NCBI GenBank assembly: GCA_964187785.1
Contig: OZ076409.1
Coordinates: 25,236,001 to 25,300,000, forward strand
Length of the DNA stretch: 64,000 nucleotides
Direction of reading: 5' to 3'
DNA from: Amphiscolops sp. MND2022
Lineage: Eukaryota
Below are positions 22,795-35,197 of this stretch, in pieces. Made by a program: the position numbers and the translations under genes. Each line of letters opens with the position of its first letter. The first letter of the stretch is position 1. The notes below the pieces were generated by a model. The model was not told the origin of the DNA, searched no databases, and saw nothing but the letters and a program-made list of their open reading frames with translations.

Positions 22795-24403
22795 TCATAT
22801 ATCAAAGGATCTGTGTGGATTCCGTCTGAATGGAGTTTACGTTTCGGATAAAAGTATGATAAACCTCTCTTGGATTGTACGTAAGTATAAACAGCATGAT
22901 TTCGCACCCTGAACCCTCGATTGATTGATCTAAAATCTGAAACGTCATTCAAAACTTTTCTGTACTTCTGGAGAGGATCGTCTGATGACTCGCTCAAAAA
23001 GTGCTTGTTTAAACCCTTACTGCTGAACTTCGTTTTCTTCGTTTGTGAATCATAGCAACAATATGTTTTGCTACACAAGCAAATCATTTCTGTTGCATGG
23101 AATTGTTCCTTGAATAATCGAGGCTCTCGTTTGTCAAGCTGAGAGTGTGTGGAGCAACACCTTCGAGGAAAGAAGTTCCTCAAACTGTCTGCATCAAAGT
23201 AATTACGGAAGTCTTCTATTCTGATGGCTGACCACTCTCCGAGTTTATCTTTTCTGATGCAATCAGTAATGTCGTTCTCTGCTAAGGCTAAATAAAGAGA
23301 GTCAGTATCCATTTCCAATTCCTCGAACTTGCTTTCGTCACAGTACTGCTTGAAGAAATTATAATAAAGCTCCAACATTCTGAGCTTAGCATTTATTGTT
23401 TCTAAGGTTGCCCCTTGAATTCATTAACATCAACTTCACAGTGTTCCAGATATTGCTGGAAAAAATTCGCTGTTTGTTGCTCCAAATTCTGTCTGCCTGT
23501 GAGGTGAAATGCAACAGCTCTTAACAAGCACAAGTTGTTGTTGTAAGGTTTGTTCGAGGTTTTGGTAGATAGACAGAACATCTTCTTGGTTTTGAGGATA
23601 CGTGAGGGAATTTCCAGATTTTGACCACCTAATGGGATTTCTTTCAGAATTGCAGCAAAAACAGTCATATTTGTTGCAAAAGCAAATTTCCATTTTGTTT
23701 TAGGTCGCTCTCGTGTCGCTCTTTCAACGAAATCTTCCAGAGAAAGTTTTGCTATGACATTGTCAAGATATTTTTCATTACTCAAAAGTTGTGATGTATT
23801 GAAATTGAGTGAGTTTTCGTGAGCATAATAATAGCGGTAATAATCGCTTTCAATATTACGGAGGACAAAACCTAGGCTAATATTTATTTTGGCACTATTG
23901 TCAAGGTTGGCGAACACTAGTCGAAGTTTTTCAGCCATCACTGTTGGACTCAATTCCGTCAAAGCGAAGTTGAAAACATGCTGTTTTCCTCGTATTGATT
24001 CCGAATCAACAACAAAATGTTCAACATTGCGAAGCTCTTCCCGAAGTTGTTGATTCGCGTGATCCCCCATGATTGTGTCGAGGTCAACCTTTCCTGAAAG
24101 TGTAACATTCGACTGTGACCGACTACCATGGAGAGTTTGCTTAGGTTTGCGGAGAGCGTAGAAACTGTGGAATGTTAGCATACACTCAGTGCAAGTGAAT
24201 TTTCTTGTCAAGTATTCTTTGCGATGCTTTTCTGCTGTGTGGTTATCCAGTTCTTCCTTGGTCTTCGCTGTGAATTTTGGACATTTGGGACAGAATAGAT
24301 TTCCTCTCATGCACGACTTGTTGTGACGAGATGTATGCTTTTTGACAATTCTTTTTCCACATTTGCCACGTTCATTGGGTTTGTTTCAATCAAGAGCTGG
24401 CAT
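22795..24403 (-). pseudogene. Left-arm Polinton pPolB remnant (C2H2 N-terminus joined to C-terminal palm; ~2.6 kb internal deletion)
   Basis: MDTDSLY motif C, KxYC and KFSSKG motifs; junction near 23390 joins the equivalents of right-arm 28956 and 31544. Confidence 0.85.
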
Positions 24404-25439
24404 TTTATGGTCTAAAAGTAGTAATCTTCAACGTGAAAAAGAACTATTCAATTTGGAAAGTGTTCTTTCCGTGTAGTAAAATGGAAGTTGTCCAAAACGA
24501 TTCTAACTGATTATGCCGCGTTGAAATATGACTTCTGATTTAACGTCTAATTAAAAGAGGTTTCATCGCAGTAGCACAAAACATTTCCATATGTTTTACG
24601 ATCACGGAGGTGGCAGAACCCCAAAATTTTGTGTGTACTCGAAAGTGTTTTTTGGAAAAACAGTTTAATTTGTGATCGGTTTCGAACACAACAGTCTTTT
24701 CCTACAATACTAATCTTTGTTGACGTGAATTTGTCGAAACTTGTCTCACTATCTGGGATATAGACCATGAAAGCAAAAACAAAAAAAATTACAAAAATTT
24801 TTATACATTGATATCGAGAAATGGTTCGTAAAAACTGAACGCTAAATCGAACACTTGGAAAAATTGTATTTGTTTATTGTATTTTAGCGGTTATCTCACA
24901 ACGAGTTTTGTGGGTGTATTACACTCACTGTGGCATTAGAGGCTCTTTAGTTGAGTCGTGAGAGTAATCCTGAATCAATTGTTTTGCCGAAAGATCAAAC
25001 TTCAAAGCGAAAGCGGGGCAACGTAATTGCCATCCTTAATCACACCACAACAGAGTTCGCGATTGATTATGCGTGTGTTTAGTCAATGCCGCTCTTCAAG
25101 ATTTCATTTTGAGTCACCCACAAAAATTCATGATTGCTGTATCGAAACGGAAGAACTGGAGCGTGACGCTGAATAAGCATTCAAGTGGCATTCAATTATC
25201 TTATCCAGCAGTAGTCTTTGAAGTTTTCTTTAAATGTGTGTTGTCACAGATTTCGAATTTGAATCACCTGGACATATTTGGTAATTGTTATATACACTGA
25301 TTGACAAGAGCGTCATGCTGTATAGACCTGAAAGGGACGCCGACAGCTTGTTTTTGCTGATCCTGTTCACTTTCACGAAGCCCTTTTATTCTTTCAAGCG
25401 TTCAATTTTTGCGTCTTGCCAATCGAATCATGCGCATTT

Positions 25440-26040
25440 CGAGTAGTCTATGACTAATATACAAATAACAATTCCATGTTTGAAACTGAATGCCTTGTTT
25501 TAAAAAGTAAAACAATAGGTGGATTTTCCGAAAAAGAAAAATCCATATAGATTTCAACCAGATACGGGATTAATGACAGTTCTGAAAGAATTTTGTATTG
25601 AAATTCTCCCCTAGACATATGTAGAATGGAACTAAATGTCTCAGTATCCAGTAGACATGACAATGCAACACGAAGTAATAACGTTTGGATTATGTGAATC
25701 TGAAATGTTTGCTAAAGTTATGTAAAAAGTTTTCTCTGAAACTCATTCTTGGTGCCCAAACTATTTGACGAACATCTCGAGAGTAAGTGAGATATTTTTA
25801 AAAGCTACATGTTCTGTGGTCAACAAAATTATTGCATTGCCAAAAATTAAATTGAGCGTTCTTGTAGTCAGTTTTTTAGGCCATTTTCAGTTTTCTAACG
25901 ATTATATTCTAACCCGCGTTGATATATTTGAAATTGAGTCAGCATGATTTTTCTTGGAACATGTCTATAATGAAGTTGCTCGCATGTTTGATTCTTTCAT
26001 CATCAGTAGTGTTGTAGTAACGTTATCAGTCAATCACTGA
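25440..26040 (+). pseudogene. Decayed unknown Polinton ORF pointing toward the palindrome centre (mirror copy ~26309-26900, minus strand)
   Basis: One frame reads PDTGLMTVLKEFCIEILP*...NYLTNISRVSEIFLKATCSVVNK...FFLEHVYNEVAR with scattered stops; conserved in both arms. Confidence 0.4.
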
Positions 26041-27941
26041 TTTTAAAGACTTTTTTTGGTTCGGATATGTTCTGTCTTGTTTATTCAGTTCGTGGCTAAT
26101 GTCTCAATGTCCACTAGTAACTCTGACATTCGACCACTTTCGTAATTTTAAATCTCCAATTTTTCTGCTGATCAAACCTTAAAAGGTTTAACTCGAAAAA
26201 CCTAACTGTTGAATGAGCCTAATAACACGTTATTCATAGTAATTTGACACTCTACTTGTTGAAACTATAATTGAATGTTTTATTCCTGCGACTTTTTTCC
26301 TGTGTTTGCTAAATAGCAAGGTACTGGAAGACTGGATAATAATCAGTAATGATTACATCAAGCTTTCGAGCTACTTCATTATAGACATGTTCCAAGAAAA
26401 ATCTTGTAGACTCAATTTCGAATATATCAACGCAGGTTAGAATATAATAGTTAGAAAACAGAAATTGGCCTAAAAAACTTACTACAAGAACGCTCAATTC
26501 AATGTTAGGCAATGCAATAATTTTGTTGACCACAGAACATGTAGCTTTTAAAAATATCTCACTTACTCTCGAGATGTTCGTCAAGTAGTTTGGGCACCAA
26601 GAATGAGTTTCAGAGAAAACTTTTTACATAACTTTAGCAAACATTTCAGATATACATATTCCAAACGTTATTACTTCGTGTTGCATTGTCATGTCTACTG
26701 GATACTGAGACAATTAGTTCCATTCTACATATGTCCAGCGGAGAAATTCAATACAATATTCTTTCAGAACTGTCATTAATCCCGTATCTGGTTGAAATCA
26801 ACATAGATTTTTCTTTTTCGGAGATCCACCTATTGTTTTACTTTTTAAAACAAGGCATTCAGTTTCAAACATGGAATTGTTATTTTTATATTAGTCAAAG
26901 ACTACTCGAAATGCGCATGATTCGATTGGCAAAACGCAAAAATTGAACGCTTGAAAGATTAAAAGGGCTTCGTGAAAGTGAACAGGATCAGCAAAAACAA
27001 GCTGTCGGCGTCCCTTTCATGTCTATACAGCATGAGGCACTTGTCAATCAGTGTATATAACAATTACCAAATATGTCCAGGTGATTCAAATTCGAAATCT
27101 GTGACAACACACATTTAAAGAAAACTTCAAAGACTACTGCTGGATAAGATAATTGAATGCCACTTGAATGCCTACTCAGCGTCACGCTCCAGTTCTTCCG
27201 TTTCGATACAGCAATCATGAAGTATTGTGGGTGACTCAAAATGAAATCTTTAAGGGCTGCATTGACTGAACACACGCATAATCAATCGCGAACTCTGTTG
27301 TGGTGTGATTAAGGATGGCAATTACGTTGCCCCGCTTTCGCCTGAAGTTTGATCTTCTGGCAAAACATTTGATTCAGGATTACTCTCACGACTCAACTAA
27401 GGAGCCTCTAATGCCAGAGTGAGTGTAATACACCCACAAAACTCGTTGTGAGATAACCGCTAAAATACAAAAAACAAATACAGTTTTCCCAAGTGTTCGA
27501 TTTAGCGTTTAGATTTACGAATCATTTCTCGATATCATTGTTTAAAAATTTCTGTATTTTTTTTGTTTTTGCTTTCGTGGTCTATATCCCAGATAGTGAG
27601 ACAAGTTTTTACAAATTCACCTCAACAAAGATTTGTATTGTAGGAAAATACTTTTGTGTTCGAAACCGATCACAAATTAAATTGTTTTTCCTTGAAACAT
27701 TTTCGTGTACACACAAACTTTTGGAGTTCTGCCACCTCCGTGATCGTAAAACATATGGAAATGTTTTGTGCTACTGCGATGAAACCTCTTTTAATTAGAC
27801 GTTAAATCAGAAGTCATATTTCAACGCGGCATAATCAGTTAGAATCGTTTTGGACAACTTCCATTTTACTACACGGAAAGAACACTTTCCAAATTGAATA
27901 GTTCTTTTTCACGTTGAAGATTACTACTTTTAGACCATAAA

Positions 27942-30900
27942 ATGCCAGCTCTTGATTGAAACAAACCCAATGAACGTGGCAAATGTGGAAAAAGAATTGT
28001 CAAAAAGCATACATCTTGTCACAACAAGTCGTGCATGAGAGGAAATCTATTCTGTCCCAAATGTCCAAAATTCACAGCGAAGACCAAGGAAGAACTGGAT
28101 AACCACACAGCAAAAAGCATCGCAAAGAATACTTGACAAGAAAATTCACTTGCACTGAGTGTATGCTAACATTCCACAGTTTCTACGCTCTCCGCAAACC
28201 TAAGCAAACTCTCCATGGTAGTCGGTCACAGTCGAATGTTACACTTTCAGGAAAGGTTGACCTCGACACAATCATGGGGGATCACGCGAATCAACAACTT
28301 CGGGAAGAGCTTCGCAATGTTGAACATTTTGTTGTTGATTCGGAATCAATACGAGGAAAACAGCATGCTTTCAACTTCGCTTTGACGGAATTGAGTCCAA
28401 CAGTGATGGCTGAAAAACTTCGACTAGTGTTCGCCAACCTTGACAATAGTGCCAAAATAAATATTAGCCTAGGTTTTGTCCTCCGTAATATTGAAAGCGA
28501 TTATTACCGCTATTATTATGCTCACGAAAACTCACTCAATTTCAATACATCACAACTTTTGAGTAATGAAAAATATCTTGACAATGTCATAGCAAAACTT
28601 TCTCTGGAAGATTTCGTTGAAAGAGCGACACGAGAGCGACCTAAAACAAAATGGAAATTTGCTTTTGCAACAAATATGACTGTTTTTGCTGCAATTCTGA
28701 AAGAAATCCCATTAGGTGGTCAAAATCTGGAAATTCCCTCACGTATCCTCAAAAACAAGAAGATATTCAGTCTATCTACCAATTCTTCGAACAATCCTTA
28801 CAACGACAACTTGTGCTTATTAGGAGCTGTTGCATTTCACCTCACAGGCAGACAGAATTTGGAGCAACAAACAGCGAATCTTTTGCGGCAATATCTGGAA
28901 CACTGTGAAGTTGATGTTAATGAATTCAAGGGGGCAACCTTAGAAGCAATAAATGCCCTAGAAGATCTAACAGAGCTGAATATCAGCATCTACGATATCG
29001 AAGTTGAAAAAGATCAGCTTGTTGGGGTTTTATCACGACGCAGTATCAATAAACATTCCAGAAGCGTAACACTTTTGAGTTATCAGAATCACGTCCGTTA
29101 CACGAAGGACCTCAATGCTGTTTTCAATTGCTTCCGCTGTGGAAGTTCGTAACAAATTTTTCCGCAAGCATTCCAATTAGCGACGTCATTTGCCAATTTG
29201 TAGTGAAAAAGTCAAGGAAAAATTCCCAGAATCTGCGTACCAACTGAAAAAAACAGTGTTCGAAAAACTTTCGAAGTTTGGAATTACAGTTCCTGAAGAC
29301 TACAGACTTTTCAAAAATCTCGCAATTTTTGATTTCGAATCAATTTGCGTGACTGAAAACAATTCCGAGTCAAGCAATTCAACTACAAGGGTAGGTAAGC
29401 ATCAACCCATTTCCGTATCAATATCTTCTAACCTTCTCAGAAATTACATCTTTTTATGTGATCCACAACGTAACCCAATTCGTATAGGCTTTGGAAAATC
29501 TTGCAAATGAAAGCAGAGACCAATTGCAGTCGCAATTTGCAGACATAACCTCAGCTGTTTATGAGAAGCTAGAGGAACTCTCTGACCAGATAACCTTGAA
29601 GGAATCGGGTTCAACGAAAATATCTGCACAAGAATTCTCTCGCAAGTTTTAAAACCAACGAAAACGGGATTTACTCAACCTACAGGAAACCCTAGATAAC
29701 TACTTATCAACATTTCCAGTTTTTGACTTCAACAGTGGTAAATATGATCTGAACCTTATAAAATCATATTTAATTCCAATTCTGATCAAGGAAAAAGTGT
29801 TGCAACCCCGTGTCATTAAAAAAACCAATCAATTCATCTCACTCAAATTTGGTAATGTGCAGATGTTTGATATCATGAATTTCATTGGCGGGGCGACAAC
29901 TCTAGATTCATTTTTAAAAGCTTAGGAATCTTCTGAGACTAAGGAATTTTTCCCTTATGAATGGTTCGACTGTCCATCAAAACTTGATAACGAACAACTT
30001 CCATCATATACTGAGTTTTTCAGCAAGCTCCGAAATCAAAATCCTCTGGAAGCCGATTACAAAAAGTTCGAAAATTTTCTTCGTAGTGGTTACACCGAAA
30101 AAGATGCCTTGCGAGAAACGAGAATATGCTCTGTTCCTCCTACAGGAAAGGAAAACTACTCTCATATGCAGGCTGTTTGGGAATCCCAAATCATGAGAAC
30201 TTTCAAAGATTTTTAAAAGTGGTACAATAACAAGGATGTTGTTCCAACACTGGAAGCTGTCCAAAAAATGATGAAATTTTATCATGACCGTGGAATCGAC
30301 GTGCTGAAACTTGGCTGCACTCTTCCGAATTTAGCCAACATATGTCTACATTCTTCGACTGATGCAAAATTTTACCCATTCATTGAACATGATCGGGATT
30401 TTTTGAACAAAATCAGAGAAGATATGGTCGGAGGACCATCCATTGTTTTCACACGGAAAGCAATTGCCGGAAAACCAAAATTCGTCATACTGAAAACTTG
30501 TGTAAGACTGTTGTTGGAATCGATGCTAGTCAATTATATACTCCATGTTCACCATGTGTCAGGAAATGCCGACTGGGCTATACACCAGATGGGAAATTGA
30601 TGCTGAAAAGAAAAAATTATTCCCTTTCAGAATCGGCGACGACGCTTTGAGAACATGGTGATGGACCATTTGCTGTAAAGTGTTTGATGGACACTGTAAC
30701 ACTGTGTTTGAAGCCATGGGATGCTTCTATCATGGCTGTAATTGTCAAATGACAAAGAAAAAACCTAATGCTCATACTGTGAAATTTTGGCAAGACAGGA
30801 GAAAGTTTGACGCAGAACGAAAAAATTTCATCATCGGAAAAGCTTTTGAAATAGTCGAAGTTTGGGAATGTCTTTGATAGAAGCAGGTGAGAGATGACAA

Positions 30901-32140
30901 GACCTTGAAGGAGCAATTGAAGATAAATTTTCCATTTCGGAAACCGTTGTCTGAGCAGCAGCTACTGCAACAGATTGACAATGGTTCACTAATTGGATAT
31001 GTTCAATGTGCTTTATCAGTCCCCAAAAATTTTCAAAGCTACTTTCAACATTTTCCTCCAGTTTTCAAGAATTGTTTTGTGAGCAAAAGCGATATTGGTG
31101 AATATATGAACTCCTATGCTGACCAACAAGGCCTGCTCCGACAACCCAGCAGAATATTGATTTCTAGTTTTCACTTGGAAAATGGGAGTGTTATAACTCC
31201 GCTTTTTAATTTCTACAGGAGGCTGGGTCTTGAGTGTACAAGGGTTCACCGAATTGTTGAGTACACTCCTGAAAAATGTTTCAAGGGATTCGTGAAGTCA
31301 GTTGTTGATGCTCGACGATTAGGTGATCAACAGTAACAGTTTTTATGGATACCAAATCATGGATCGTAGCAAGCATACGGAGACAAAATACCTGGATGAG
31401 AAAAAGACTAATCGAGCTATAAATAGTCCCTTGTTCAAACAGCTTCAGTACATCAACGATTCAGTGTATGAAGTGGAGCATGTCAAAGCCGAAATAGAAC
31501 ATCGGGAACCAATTATTGTAGGCTTCTTCATTCTTCAATACGCTAAGCTCAGAATGTTGGAGTTTTATTATAATTTCTTCAAGCAGTACTGTGGCGAAAG
31601 CAAGTTCGAGGAATTGGAAATGGATACTGACTCTCTTTATTTAGCCTTAGCAGAGAACCACATTACTGATTGCATCAGATAAGATAATCTCGGAGAGTGG
31701 TCAGCCATCAGAAAAGAAGACTGCCGTCATTACTTTGAGGCAGACAGTTTGAGGAACTTCTTTCCTCGAACGTGTTGCTCCACACACTCTCAGCTTGACA
31801 AACGAGAGCCTGGATTATTCAAATAAGAATTCCGTGCAACAGAAATGATTTGCTTGTGTAGAAAAAACATATTGTTGCTATGATTCACAAACGAAGAAAA
31901 CGAAATTCAGCAGTAAGGGTTTAAACAAGCACTTTTTGAACGAGTCATCAGACGGTCCTCTCCAGAAGTAAAGAAAAATTTTGAATGACGTTTCAGATAT
32001 TGGATTGATCAATCGAGGGTTCAGGGTGCGAAATCATGCTGTTTATACTTACGAACAATCCAAGAGAGGTTTTATCATACTTTTATCCGAAGCGTAAACT
32101 GCATTCAGACGGAATCCACACAGATCCTTTGGATATAGAA
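27942..32140 (+). pseudogene. Right-arm Polinton protein-primed family B DNA polymerase, near full length with frameshifts and stops
   Basis: N-terminal C2H2 fingers; ExoI FDFES; ExoII FNSGKYDL; ExoIII YNNKDV; GGPSIVF; motif A GIDASQLY; NSFYG motif B; MDTDS motif C. Confidence 0.9.
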
Positions 32141-32365
32141 GAACCTAGGATGCTCCTTCTGCAAGTACAGCATTGCATTGAAATTGCGTGATGTTAAAAC
32201 AATCAGTTGACTTGAATTCAACAACAAAAACTCTTAACTTTGTATTCTGTGATTGTGAAATGTATTAGTTCGTTTTCTGTTCGTGAGGTGTTGTTTCTAA
32301 AGATTATTTCGTTTAAACTTAAAGACTCAAATTTACTGTCATGTCAATGCTATCAATTGTATTTC

Positions 32366-34970
32366 GTGTGCTTTTTAGGACATAGCGCTAGTAAAAGTAC
32401 CTCCACGTTTACAAAAGTGTATATTACAATACGATCTGAATGGAAGTATTGCTTGTCAGTGGAGTATTATGAAACCTTGTTTCGTTAACATATTGCAAGT
32501 TTAATCCTAAATAACTTCCTAACTATGTCTTATGGTGTAGTGTATTTGTTTTTATGGTGTAGTGTTTTTGTTTGGTGGTTATCTTGTCTACAATTTATCA
32601 CCGCTTTCGTATATTAAATTCTCGATGATTATATTCATTTTCTTCTTGGGCTTTGGAGCTTGAGACCTGGATTATATCGTAATTGGCATGTCGTATGTAA
32701 TAAAACATTCTCGTGATTTTTGCTGAAATTCATTTTTAAGTCATTCCAATTTGAGATAAATGGTAGGAATTGTTTCTAAACAAGTTTATTCATGTTTGAT
32801 TTTAACGTCTCAATATTCGTGTCAAAACAACTGAATTTCATGGGTTTAAATTGATAAACCTCAATTAGTATCCACTTTCAGCCATCGGTGTTCGATTTAT
32901 TAAACTTATTTCCATCCGGGTAAATAAATGTATTGAATTTAGTGCTGTCTGGAAAACTCGTGTTGTCGATACGAAAATTTTCAATTGGAACTAGTTCTTC
33001 ACTATGTCTGGTGCAGTAGAAAATACTCAATGCTGTAGACGAAAATCAGAAGGTTCCCGAATGTCTGATGTTTGCTCATCCGTAGATTGAAATGAATATC
33101 TAAAATCGAGGAGTTTTCTACTATTAAAAACATTTCTCCATGTTAGTGAAGTCAGCTTTGTAACGATAATTGTTTGAACGCCATCTTTTTTTCCTGTATA
33201 GGACTGTTTCCCTTCATATATTAATCCGCCTAATGAAACACAGCATCACTTCGTCCATTGACTCAATAGTTGTTATTAGTTTTCAATGTAATGACACTCT
33301 GGAATTTTTGCGGTCTTTTGACATAGTCTTTCCTGATATACCACTTTGTTTTACTTTTTTTCAGTAGTTATTCTAAGCTTTTCCCAACTCTGTGGAGAAA
33401 TATCCAAAATACTAAAAGTATTGACCATGATATTATTTTCCCATGGGTTTCCAATTTTTCATGACCTGACAAAATGGGCAATGGAATTTTTCCATTCATT
33501 TTTTTCAAATATATGTGATGCTTGAAACACGTTTCTTGAATTTTTCGGATGTTTCAAACTATTTATAGGTATTTTTCGAAAATTTTTCGGTTTTTCGAAA
33601 TTTTACATGTGAAGATCAGGGGGGGTGTATTTTTTTTCCGGATTTCAGAAATTTTTGGGAGTAAGTGTGCTTTTTAGGACATAGCGCTAGTAAAAGTACC
33701 TCCACGTTTACAAAAGTGTATATTACAATACGATCTGAATGGAAGTATTGCTTGTCAGTGGAGTATTATGAAACCTTGTTTCGTTAACATATTGCAAGTT
33801 TAATCCTAAATAACTTCCTAACTATGTCTTATGGTGTAGTGTATTTGTTTTTATGGTGTAGTGTATTTGTTTGGTGGTTATCTTGTCTACAATTTATCAC
33901 CGCTTTCGTATATTCAATTCTCGATGATTATATTCATTTTCTTCTTGGGCTTTGGAGCTTGAGACCTGGATTATATCGTAATTGGCATGTCGTATGTAAT
34001 AAAACATTCTCGTGATTTTTGCTGAAATTCATTTTTAAGTCCTTCCAATTTGAGATAAATGGTAGGAATTGTTTCTAAACAAGTTTATTCATGTTTGATT
34101 TTAACGTCTCAATATTCGTGTCAAAACAACTGAATTTCATGGGTTTAAACTGATAAACCTCAATTAGTATCCACTTTCAGCCATCGGTGTTCGATTTATC
34201 AAACTTTTTTCCATCCGGGTAAATAAATGTATTGAATTTAGTGCTGTCTGGAAAACTCGTGTTGTCGATACGAAAATTTTCAATTGGAACTAGTTCTTCA
34301 CTATGTCTGGTGCAGTAGAAAACACTCAATGCTGTAGACGAAAATCAGAAGGTTCCCGTATGTCTGATGTTTGCTCATCCGTAGATTGAAATGAATATCT
34401 AAAATCGAGGAGTTTTCTACTAATAAAAACATTTCTCCATGTTAGTGAAGTCAGCTTTGTAACGATAATTGTTTGAACGCCATCTTTTTTTCCTGTATAG
34501 GACTGTTTCCCTTCATATATTAATCCGCCTAATGAAACACAGCATCACTTCGTCCATTGACTCAATAGTTGTTATTAGTTTTCAATGTAATGACACTCTG
34601 GAATTTTTGCGGTCTTTTGACATAGTCTTTCCTGATATACCATTTTGTTTTACTTTTTTTCAGTAGTTAATCTAAGCTTTTCCCAACTCTGTGGAGAAAT
34701 ATCCAAAATACTAAAAGTATTGACCATGATATTATTTTCCCATGGGTTTCCAATTTTTCATGACCTGACAAAATGGGCAATGGAATTTTTCCATTCATTT
34801 TTTTCAAATATATGTGATGCTTGAAACACGTTTCTTGAATTTTTCGGATGTTTCAAACTATTTATAGGTATTTTTCGAAAATTTTTCGGTTTTTCGAAAT
34901 TTTACTTGTGAAGATCAGGGGGGGGGGTGTGTTTTTTTCCGGATTTCAGAAATTTTTGGGAGTAAGTGTG
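32366..34970. repeat. Tandem duplication in the right Polinton arm, period ~1299 bp
   Basis: 32366-33669 repeated at 33665-34970 with GTGTG junction microhomology and a few substitutions. Confidence 0.92.
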
Positions 34971-35197
34971 TGACTCATTCATTCTTGCGGAACTTGCCTT
35001 GGGTCGAAAAATTTTTTTTGGACACACCCCCCCTGGCATGGGGACCCACCGCTATATAACCAAACTACTGAGGGGACCCAACTTCGACTGGATGTGGATC
35101 TATGCCCTATCTTAATACATGGGGGTCCCCTACCCCCAGTATGATCGTCTCAAATATAACTACTATCGCGATACCTAACTCCAGAAAGGCAATGATT

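Larger units (their letters stand above)
20295..35164. mobile_element. Defective palindromic Polinton/Maverick-derived element
   Basis: Termini AGTAGTT...AACTACT; 6-bp TSD ATCGCG at 20289-20294 and 35165-35170; encodes protein-primed PolB remnants; arms 20295-~25992 and ~26357-35069 are inverted copies. Confidence 0.85.

Noticed and set aside
20295..35069. Palindrome as a simple sequencing fold-back chimera
   Set aside because: The arms differ by about 10% in places and by independent indels and insertions, and a TSD brackets the element; read confirmation is still advisable
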